Source of the DNA: Candidatus Methylomirabilis oxygeniifera
GTDB lineage: Bacteria; Methylomirabilota; Methylomirabilia; Methylomirabilales; Methylomirabilaceae
Direction of reading: 5' to 3'
DNA length: 32,000 bases
Assembly (NCBI GenBank): GCA_000091165.1
Contig: FP565575.1
Coordinates: 2,490,001-2,522,000, forward strand
Both the position numbers and the translations under genes were made by a program. The notes below the pieces were generated by a model. It had not been told where the DNA came from. It saw only the letters and a list, made by a program, of their open reading frames with translations, and did not search any database. Below, piece after piece: positions 1-6,346 of this stretch (position 1 is its first letter; the number at the start of each line of letters is the position of its first letter).

Positions 1-295
1 CGTATCCCTGTCCCTGCCGATCTACGACACGCAGTCGATAGGGAAAGAGGCCGTTCCGCGTCGGAACGACGACCTCGAAGAGACCGTCCGGGTGTACCAA
101 CTCCATGGGCCGGTCCTTGATCTCGCCATCGGCATGGACGACCATTGCCTCCCGGACATCCGGGAGGAAGGCGCGCACGACGACGCATGGCTCTGCGGCG
201 ATGGGTACCTCATGCGGGCCCAGTACGGCGAACGGATCGCCGTGCTCACCCCGGACAATCGCCTCGATCACCTCAGCAGCAAGACTGGAAAGCAT
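1..295 (-). CDS. glgB: 1,4-alpha-glucan branching enzyme, N-terminal fragment (gene continues beyond the left edge)
   Basis: Absent from the ORF track because it runs off the window. Hand translation of the minus strand from the ATG at 295 gives MLSSLAAEVIEAIVRGEHGDPFAVLGPHEVPIAAEPCVVVRAFLPDV... This matches the conserved GlgB N-terminus pattern (I.ALI.G.H.DPF.VLG.H ... VRA.LPDA). AGGAGA lies 8 nt upstream of the ATG. Confidence 0.75.
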   Translation of the reverse strand, partial: MLSSLAAEVIEAIVRGEHGDPFAVLGPHEVPIAAEPCVVVRAFLPDVREAMVVHADGEIKDRPMELVHPDGLFEVVVPTRNGLFPYRLRVVDRQGQGY

Positions 296-482
296 TTATG
301 TAATCTCCTGTATCTTGGGCAACGCTGCCCAAAGATAACACCATCCCTCCTTCATTTCAATCGCGGTTGCGTGGTGGCATGATCTAGAGGAATCCAAGGA
401 TGGCGGAAAGGCAGAAAGGAAAGCAATCGGCGCTCCTTGCGAGCGCACCTTCTGCTTTAGCCAAAAGAGTTCACGGGTGGCC

Positions 483-525
483 AAGAAAAAAGAAAAGGCG
501 ACTCGCGTAGGTGAAGCCGCCTTTT
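483..525 (-). terminator. Rho-independent terminator candidate downstream of the 546..872 gene
   Basis: On the minus strand, AAAAGGCG (525..518) pairs with CGCCTTTT (500..493) around a 17-nt loop. The stem is followed by CTTTTTTCTT. Confidence 0.55.
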
Positions 526-545
526 CCTGGCTGTTTCGCGTCGGC

Positions 546-872
546 TCAGCCGCCGGCCGGAAGCCTCGTGATGGACTCAGCGAAGGCCTTCCAGTCGCCA
601 GCCTCATGATAATTAACAGGTGAGAAATCACTAAGGAAACTGTGTGTCGCGACTTCCACCATGTCACCCGGCTTAAGATTAGCCAGCGCCATTGTAGCCC
701 GGTCGATGGCCGTGAAGGTCACCGGAAACCCCGAAACATTTATTGTCAGTTCCTGCCAGGAGGGGTTTACCGCGATCACCTCACCGGTGATCATATGTAG
801 CGCCGACGCCGTGCCGGCAAAGGACACCACTGCTAGAAAAGCGATAAAAGCCACCAACACTTTTCTCGACAT
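546..872 (-). CDS. small secreted hypothetical protein (108 aa)
   Basis: Lies within ORF 546..911. The internal ATG at 872 is preceded by GAAGGAGGTG. The product starts MSRKVLVAFIAFLAVVSFAGTASA, a typical Sec signal peptide. No family recognised. Confidence 0.6.
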   Translation of the reverse strand: MSRKVLVAFIAFLAVVSFAGTASALHMITGEVIAVNPSWQELTINVSGFPVTFTAIDRATMALANLKPGDMVEVATHSFLSDFSPVNYHEAGDWKAFAESITRLPAGG

Positions 873-960
873 GACCGATTCACCTCCTTCTGTATTTACC
901 GTAGGTCGCAAACCAGGTCACGTCAAGGGCTGTACAAAAAATGAGTCGGGTGGAGGGCAT

Positions 961-972
961 TGTACCGGTACA
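961..972. promoter_or_regulatory. perfect 12-bp palindrome TGTACCGGTACA in the divergent promoter region (possible operator)
   Basis: Read directly from the sequence. A further TGTACA lies at 931..936. The site is about 70 nt upstream of the ATG of the helicase 5' remnant. Confidence 0.3.
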
Positions 973-1040
973 TTGTGATGCCCAATGTATTGATGTTACG
1001 TCCTTCTTCCTGTATGTTCTTCCTGGGGAGTTAACAGCAA

Positions 1041-1402
1041 ATGGTACAGCCACTCACCATGACGGTTTCAGATACAGGGACGACCGATCTGGATGGCTTG
1101 AACGTGGCCCAGCAGGCGGCGGTCACGCACGGCGATGGCCCGTTGCTGATCATTGCGGGCGCCGGGACGGGGAAGACCACGGTGATCGCGCGCACCGGAT
1201 CGCCCACCCGATCAACAGCAGGCGAGTCCGGCCGGAGCAGGTGCTGGCGCTGACCTTTACCGAGAAGGCGGCGGCGGAGATGGAGCGGCGTGTCGACCTG
1301 CTGGTTCCGTACGGCTTCACCGATACCTGGATCTCCACCTTTCACGCCTTTGGAGACCGCGTGCTTCGGGAGCACGCCCTGGTGCTGGGGCTGAGTCCGG
1401 AC
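1041..1402 (+). pseudogene. truncated, frameshifted 5' fragment of the UvrD-type helicase-nuclease gene
   Basis: ORF 1041..1253 encodes ...GLNVAQQAAVTHGDGPLLIIAGAGTGKTTVIA, including Walker A. The homologous reading (RIAHPINSRRVRPEQVLALTFTEKAAAEMERRVDLLVPYGFTDTWISTFHAFGDRVLREHALVLGLSPD) then continues in the frame of ORF 941..1459. The shift comes from a 2-nt indel near 1190 relative to 6494..6500. Homology to 6347..9322 stops abruptly at 1402. Confidence 0.85.
1095..1402 (+). repeat. direct repeat, copy 1 (308 nt) of helicase 5' coding sequence
   Basis: Hand alignment with 6401..6706 shows 13 substitutions plus one 2-nt indel, including a perfectly identical stretch of more than 100 nt. The right boundary is sharp (1402 vs 6706). 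The left boundary fades into diverged N-terminal codons. Confidence 0.9.
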
Positions 1403-1437
1403 CGAGGCTGCGATGTTCGTCGGTTGCCCCGCCGGAG

Positions 1438-2043
1438 TCATCCCACAGCCTCCAGATAGGGGCGGATCAGTGTCACGCGGTCCACCGGAGCGAAGCGCCA
1501 GACGGCCTCCAGGCGTTTAGGGTACATCCTCCGGTAGTCGCGCAGCGCCTCGATGGCGACGTCGATGCCGATCTTGTTGCGGAACTTGAAACAGTCCGCG
1601 ACGGTCTTGGCCGCGCTGAACACCCGTACCGTCACGCCGGAGATGCGGTGCTCCTCCACCCCTTCCAGCAACGCGGGGCCTGACAGGTAGAACAGCCGCA
1701 GGGGAGGCTGCTCCAGTCGCGGCCTCCACGCTTTGCGGTCGATCGCCATCCAGATCTCGAACGGGTTCTGCGTGGTAAGCCCGTGAAAGCGCAGTGCCAA
1801 CAGTAGGCAGAGGACGCCCACAGGCACGCGGCGCGCGACCTCTACGAGATGCTGTCGCTCCGTTACGGGGGCACCCGGGAGCCGGTAGAGACCGCGCCCC
1901 ACCCGCTCGAGCAGTCCCCTATCCAGCAACCGGCGTAGTTGTATTCTCGAGACGCCAACGCGCTCAATGTCCCGGGAGCGCGCGATCCCAACTCGCTGCA
2001 TCAGCTCTTGAATCTGATCCGGTAGGATGATTCTTGTAGTCAC
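1438..2043 (-). CDS. abiEi: AbiEi-family (type IV TA antitoxin / wHTH regulator) protein, apparently without its AbiEii partner
   Basis: 201 aa with a GTG start. The N-terminus ELMQRVGIARSRDIERVGVSRIQLRRLLDRGLLERVGRGLYRLPG followed by VPVGVLCLLLALRFHGLTTQNP is the pattern I associate with AbiEi N- and C-terminal domains (COG5340). Confidence 0.7.
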   Translation of the reverse strand: MTTRIILPDQIQELMQRVGIARSRDIERVGVSRIQLRRLLDRGLLERVGRGLYRLPGAPVTERQHLVEVARRVPVGVLCLLLALRFHGLTTQNPFEIWMAIDRKAWRPRLEQPPLRLFYLSGPALLEGVEEHRISGVTVRVFSAAKTVADCFKFRNKIGIDVAIEALRDYRRMYPKRLEAVWRFAPVDRVTLIRPYLEAVG

Positions 2044-2495
2044 AATACCTCGGCCTCCGTTACTAGATGCCGAGTATATGTGACACGTCTGAAGTGGGCC
2101 GTCAAGGCCCCTTCTCCCTCATGACTACCACGCTCGCTGGCGTGCCTACGCGAGGCCAGTGAAGCCGGAATGATTCCGTGGAGGCGCTGCGTGAAGCTGC
2201 TGAGGAGTCAGGGCGTGACTAATCGTTGCGCTGCACTCCTGAAGACGAACGACTATGTGACCTGACGGTGAGGGGTTACTTCAGCGCGTCGCGCTTAGCC
2301 GCGAACTCGTAGTATCGGTGTCGCTGGTACTTGATAAGTACCGCACTCCCCGCCATTGACGAAAGCATTGCTCCCGAGGGAAGGCTGCCGAACGGATTGG
2401 GGCTTCAGCTGCAACGAATACGGCGGACCACAAACGCTAATGCGGAATCGCCCGCCGCCAGACCATCACGAATCGATCGACCGAGCTGTTCGTTA

Positions 2496-3881
2496 TCAGC
2501 TGCAAGCGCTTGTTGCGCAGCTCGTCGATCTAGCGCGCAACCTTGAGAGGTTTGAGCCATCCTTGTCGACGATCTTGCCAGCCGAGACCGATTTTGCATA
2601 GATATCAACTGCTGCCGCCAAGTCGTCGTTCCCGATGATACGCTTCTCCACCGCGCTTTGAAGCATTGCTGCAACCTTGTCTCCTAGCAGTCGCGATTGG
2701 ACGTTCGACACTCGCTCAATCAGGAAGAAGGACTGACCGAGGGAAGGTTCGGTAACAAGCTCATCCAAAAAGAGACGCATTGCCCGAGGAACACCGTAGA
2801 CTCCCCGCTCGAACCGCACAGATCCAAGGTATAGCTCCAGCTGACGGTCTTTCGTGATCACCCGATCGAGCCAAAGTGCCAACAGGATTTCTATCGCCTT
2901 CCGTCGTACGAGCTTCTGATGCTCTTGTATGAATAGCGTACGGGCTAGCTGTTGAGTGATCGTCGACCCTCCGGATCGCCGCCGCGCGCCGCCCAAGCCT
3001 AGGAGTGCCCTTGCGGAACCTCGTAGGCTGAGACCGCGGTGTGAAAAGAACGTCTGGTCTTCGATAAAGACGAGAACCTTCTTGAGGTTGGTAAGATCGA
3101 TCTTCAGCCTTTGGATCTCATAGCTCGCAAGCGTCGCTCTGTAGATCACTTGCTCAAAATTCCCAACGAGCTGGAGCCGGACGCACCGCGCGAGCGAACG
3201 CGCGAAGAGAAGGCTCAAACGCTCATGGGTGTCCAGCAGCGCCTTGCGATAGACGATCGCAAGGAAGATCGCCCAGCCTGCAGCGCCGAGGAATACTAAT
3301 GCTGTTGGAGGGGCGTAAAAGATCCAGTTCCGGGCGAGCAACTGCTTCGACAGTTCAGTCGATACGAAGAGAACCACTGCCGCGGAGAAGCCGGCGATCA
3401 TGAACAGCGGATACGCGACGTAGGTGTTCCATCCGGGGAAGAGGCGTACTGCAAACGGCTCATCCGCTCCCTCAATCCTCCAATTTGGCAGCACGAGCTG
3501 CAGTCGCCCGTAGCTGAGACCGAGCATTCTGCGAAGGACGATCACCTTCCGCGCAGAGAAGACGACTGCCTTCTGTCGGTCGGCGAAATACCGCAGCGTG
3601 ACGATGGAGAAACCAGCGGCGAGAGCGAGAAGGACCGCTAGAGTCAACTCGGGGGCGAGGATAGGCTCAAAGGCGACCGTCAACGGGCCAAGGGAGCCAA
3701 CTATGAGAGATCCAAGCCCAGCGGCGGCAACTATCGAGATGTTGGAGGCGTTGAGGAACACACGCTCCTCGGCTTCGAGGGTCTTCGCAGCCGCCCTGTA
3801 CTCCTCGATTGCGATATCCCGGTGGTCAAAGTGATACGTCGGGAAGTGCTGCTGCCAGCCTTGCTGTTCGTCGTCTATCAT
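2496..3881 (-). CDS. multi-pass membrane protein with C-terminal GT51 peptidoglycan glycosyltransferase (transglycosylase) domain
   Basis: ORF 2496..4028. I prefer the ATG at 3881 (MIDDEQQGW...) because the longer form overlaps the upstream gene, but no clear RBS is present, so the start is uncertain. There are four hydrophobic helices: ISIVAAAGLGSLIVGSLGPLTVAF, LTLAVLLALAAGFSIVTLRYF, YVAYPLFMIAGFSAAVVLFV and ALVFLGAAGWAIFLAIVY. GT51 motifs follow: FIEDQTFFSHRG (EDxxFxxHxG), GGSTITQQLAR, RRKAIE...LELYLG. Confidence 0.75.
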   Translation of the reverse strand: MIDDEQQGWQQHFPTYHFDHRDIAIEEYRAAAKTLEAEERVFLNASNISIVAAAGLGSLIVGSLGPLTVAFEPILAPELTLAVLLALAAGFSIVTLRYFADRQKAVVFSARKVIVLRRMLGLSYGRLQLVLPNWRIEGADEPFAVRLFPGWNTYVAYPLFMIAGFSAAVVLFVSTELSKQLLARNWIFYAPPTALVFLGAAGWAIFLAIVYRKALLDTHERLSLLFARSLARCVRLQLVGNFEQVIYRATLASYEIQRLKIDLTNLKKVLVFIEDQTFFSHRGLSLRGSARALLGLGGARRRSGGSTITQQLARTLFIQEHQKLVRRKAIEILLALWLDRVITKDRQLELYLGSVRFERGVYGVPRAMRLFLDELVTEPSLGQSFFLIERVSNVQSRLLGDKVAAMLQSAVEKRIIGNDDLAAAVDIYAKSVSAGKIVDKDGSNLSRLRARSTSCATSACS

Positions 3882-3927
3882 GTGCGATTTACTGACGGAG
3901 GTTTGTATGCGCGAGCTGCCCAACGCT

Positions 3928-3952
3928 GCGCGTAACCCGCGGGTTAACGCGC
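3928..3952 (-). other. GC-rich intercistronic hairpin between the AbiV-like and GT51 genes
   Basis: GCGCGTAACCCGCGGGTTAACGCGC is a near-perfect palindrome with one bulged base. No U-tract follows on the coding strand. Confidence 0.4.
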
Positions 3953-3955
3953 TTG

Positions 3956-4714
3956 TTAGGCATTCGGCGATTCCGGTCCGATGTTTCGCTGTTCCGAGTC
4001 CTCGAGCTCCTTCCAGATCGGGGCCCACTGTTCCGCCGTGATGAACCCCTTGTCGACCAGTTCCGCGTGCAGCCCGTTCATCGCATCTCGAAACGAGCCC
4101 CCTTTCTCCCGGGCGGCCGCAGCGTGTCTTGCCCAGACCTCCAACTCCTCGAGTGGGTAGTCGCGGAGGTAGTTGATGACGACCGCCGCCTCCCTGAGCA
4201 GAGTCTCGCTACGGTCGCGACAGTCTAGGTTACCGGGCAGGTGCACTGCCACCCCCTCGGGGATCGCGAAGCAATCGCTGTACAAGCCCAACTGCTTCGC
4301 AGCGTCAAGGTCTTCGGGAGATGGACCGTTCGCTTTGACTGCTACGCGCGTTTCCGCATCGAGATTCAGAAGAAGAACGCTTGCCCGCATCTCGATGGCG
4401 AAGTTGAAGAGCTCCGTCTTGGCGCTGTGGCGTCGATATGCACGCCACAGCGCGTCACACGACTGGCGCGGTGCGGCGATGCCGATGAGGATCGACATCA
4501 CGATGTGTGGTTTGCCTGCCTCTTCTAGCGCCAGGACGCATAGAGCAGTGGAGTGGTGAAAGCGTCCTTGCTCATGGAGCATCTTCGCGCTCGCCAGGAG
4601 GTCCAGCGCGTTGAGGCGAGCCGCCTGTATTGCCGCTGCTGCGTCGTGTGGCGTGAGGGGACCCGAGTAGGGTTGAAGACCAACCCTACTCAGTGATGAG
4701 GGCGGCTTGGCCAT
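3956..4714 (-). CDS. AbiV-like HEPN-domain abortive-infection family protein
   Basis: 252 aa, with ATG at 4714 preceded by GGAGA at a 6-nt spacer. LNALDLLASAKMLHEQGRFHHSTALCVLALEEAGK resembles the AbiV-family N-terminal helix pair (A.EE.GK). WRAYRRHSAK contains an R-x4-H HEPN motif. This is family assignment from memory, not a database search. Confidence 0.6.
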   Translation of the reverse strand: MAKPPSSLSRVGLQPYSGPLTPHDAAAAIQAARLNALDLLASAKMLHEQGRFHHSTALCVLALEEAGKPHIVMSILIGIAAPRQSCDALWRAYRRHSAKTELFNFAIEMRASVLLLNLDAETRVAVKANGPSPEDLDAAKQLGLYSDCFAIPEGVAVHLPGNLDCRDRSETLLREAAVVINYLRDYPLEELEVWARHAAAAREKGGSFRDAMNGLHAELVDKGFITAEQWAPIWKELEDSEQRNIGPESPNA

Positions 4715-4742
4715 GCCGTGTCTCCGAATGCCTAACTATTGA

Positions 4743-5480
4743 TTAGGCGGACTCCTCTCGTTTGCGCTCACGTGCCCACTCCTGCCAATACCGCGCGTTG
4801 GAAAGGAAGTCACTATCGATGAGCAATCGCCTCCGGACGTCAAACACCCGGAACGTGCGCTCGTAGTCATACGTAACTCCCCAGTAGCCCAGGTAGTCTG
4901 CCGTGGTAACGCCCCGAATCGTTTCATCGACGTCGAGCAGAACACGGAAGCGGCATAGTCGTTGTTCCGGGTCTTGAAAGACCGGTACCTGGATGGAGTA
5001 CGGGTACTCACCCCGCCCGTTGCGGAGGAGTGGGTAGCACTGGCCGAGCGTCTGGAAAATCTGGCCCAGCGACTCATAGATGGAGTCGCTGCAGATCTTG
5101 GTAATGACGACCTCCGCATCGGCAAACGTGAGGTGCAGTTCGCTGATATCGACGTTGCGCTCCGGATTCTGAGACCGCAGCTTCTTGTAGGCGGCCAGAA
5201 ACGGACGAAGGACAAACGACCGAGCCCCGGACTTGAGCAAATCAAATGCAACGCCGTCAGCGACCAGTTTCAGGACGTCATGAATAGAGATGTTGGATAG
5301 CGCGTGAACTGCAAACTCATAAAGACCACCTCCGAGGTCGCCGGGTCTGCTGCGGACCCGCGCCACGTAGTGGGCATCGAGCTCTGACTGGAATTCCCGA
5401 ATGCCGTCCAGCTCGAGAAGGCGGTCAGGACCCTCCTGGATTGCCCAGTACTCGACTTGGAGCGAAAGGGGGTACTCCAT
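4743..5480 (-). CDS. hypothetical protein (245 aa), first gene of the AbiV-like operon
   Basis: Lies within ORF 4743..5633. The ATG at 5480 (MEYPLSLQVEYW...) is preceded by GGAGTGACG. No recognisable motif, no TM segment and no signal peptide. Confidence 0.55.
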   Translation of the reverse strand: MEYPLSLQVEYWAIQEGPDRLLELDGIREFQSELDAHYVARVRSRPGDLGGGLYEFAVHALSNISIHDVLKLVADGVAFDLLKSGARSFVLRPFLAAYKKLRSQNPERNVDISELHLTFADAEVVITKICSDSIYESLGQIFQTLGQCYPLLRNGRGEYPYSIQVPVFQDPEQRLCRFRVLLDVDETIRGVTTADYLGYWGVTYDYERTFRVFDVRRRLLIDSDFLSNARYWQEWARERKREESA

Positions 5481-5666
5481 CGTCACTCCGATCCGCCTAA
5501 CTATAAGTGAGCCGCCCCTGAAACCGACAAAGGCTGGCGGCCTATTTCCTGAATCGACTCGACTCCCAAACGACGAATTGGCGTGTAATCTCCCACACTT
5601 AGCCAAACCGGTCAAGCGTATTCTGGCCGACAAATGTTGCCGGCTTCGGAAGCCTATCCCGGTCGG

Positions 5667-5939
5667 CTATCCGATTTTTGACGTCAGTTCTCCCTCAACA
5701 TACCGATGGATGATGCCGGAAATGAGGGTTTGATAGGGGATGCCTAATTCCATGGCTTTCTTTTGAATGCCCTTGTAGTCATGGTCGTAGAGGCGAATGG
5801 TAATCCGTCTGTCCTTGACCAAGGTCTTTCTGGCGGTCGCCTTTATAGCTTCAAGCTCCTTCTTGGACGGAGCGGATAGCTTCATCTGCCCTTTCTCGTA
5901 GGCATCGACAATGGTTTTTTCCTCTTTGCTGTATTTCAT
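5667..5939 (-). CDS. brnA: BrnA-family antitoxin (RHH/CopG-like C-terminus)
   Basis: 90 aa. RITIRLYDHDYKGIQKKAMELGIPYQTLISGIIHRYVEGEL matches the BrnA pattern (..IPYQTLI..). It lies 6 nt downstream of the BrnT-like gene, the toxin-first order typical of BrnTA. Confidence 0.7.
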   Translation of the reverse strand: MKYSKEEKTIVDAYEKGQMKLSAPSKKELEAIKATARKTLVKDRRITIRLYDHDYKGIQKKAMELGIPYQTLISGIIHRYVEGELTSKIG

Positions 5940-5945
5940 GTGTTG

Positions 5946-6224
5946 TTAACCCTCCTGCTCCTTTTTGTATGCTTGGGTTGCCTTTCGACTCGGAATAATG
6001 GTCTTCAAGAAGATGTCATCCTTTTCTACAACGTGAGGAACAAGATAAATGTAGTCTTCCACAACCACAAAGTATATTCGCTGTCCGGGATAGTTCTCTT
6101 GATCGGGGTGATCGGTAAGTTTCCAGACGTCACCACGAGCCAGATGAAAGAGTATCTTTTCGAAAGAGATCCCTCTTTCCTCCTTTAACCACTCGTTCTT
6201 CTCGGAGTCCCATTCATATTTCAT
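5946..6224 (-). CDS. brnT: BrnT-family (DUF497) toxin
   Basis: 92 aa. MKYEWDSEKNEWLKEERGISFEKI fits the BrnT N-terminal signature (F/YEWD..K...N..K.G.sFeE). GC content is low relative to the rest of the window. Confidence 0.7.
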   Translation of the reverse strand: MKYEWDSEKNEWLKEERGISFEKILFHLARGDVWKLTDHPDQENYPGQRIYFVVVEDYIYLVPHVVEKDDIFLKTIIPSRKATQAYKKEQEG

Positions 6225-6232
6225 GTTTTATA

Positions 6233-6253
6233 TGTACATCTTTTGTCTGTACA
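6233..6253. promoter_or_regulatory. TGTACA-N9-TGTACA paired palindromes directly upstream of brnT (candidate BrnA operator)
   Basis: TGTACAtcttttgtcTGTACA begins 9 nt upstream of the brnT ATG (6224, minus strand). TTGACT lies immediately upstream on the minus strand, and a perfect TATAAT (complement of 6302..6307) lies further upstream. Confidence 0.4.
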
Positions 6254-6346
6254 AGTCAACGTGATAGCATTGCCGTTTATACCGGAGGGAATCGTCATGC
6301 TATTATAGCGTGGCGTGGTTGAGCGACTACAAAGGATTGGCGAGGA

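Larger units (their letters stand above)
1403..6346. mobile_element. putative accessory defence/TA island between the two helicase 5' copies (no integrase seen)
   Basis: Bounded by the 1095..1402 / 6401..6706 direct repeat. Content is AbiEi-like, AbiV-like and BrnT/BrnA genes plus unknowns. The right-hand ~650 nt has much lower GC (27/60 and 23/60 G+C on lines 5941 and 6001, versus 35/60 on line 6601). Confidence 0.5.

Noticed and set aside
296-667. 123-aa minus-strand ORF
   Set aside because: It spans the terminator hairpin, the intergenic region upstream of glgB, and the 3' end of the signal-peptide gene in another frame. The composition is Ser/Arg/Pro-rich, with no RBS and no motif.
941-1459. 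172-aa plus-strand ORF read as an intact gene
   Set aside because: Only its middle part (RIAHPINSRRVRPEQVLALTFTEK...) is real helicase-derived sequence, reached through a frameshift. The N-terminal part is out-of-frame read-through and the C-terminal part is junction read-through. It is treated as part of the pseudogene.
3882-4028. N-terminal 49-aa extension of the GT51 ORF (start at 4028)
   Set aside because: It would overlap the AbiV-like gene by 73 nt and encodes a low-complexity Gly/Arg/Ala/Ser-rich peptide. The ATG at 3881 is preferred, although no strong RBS is seen, so this remains uncertain.
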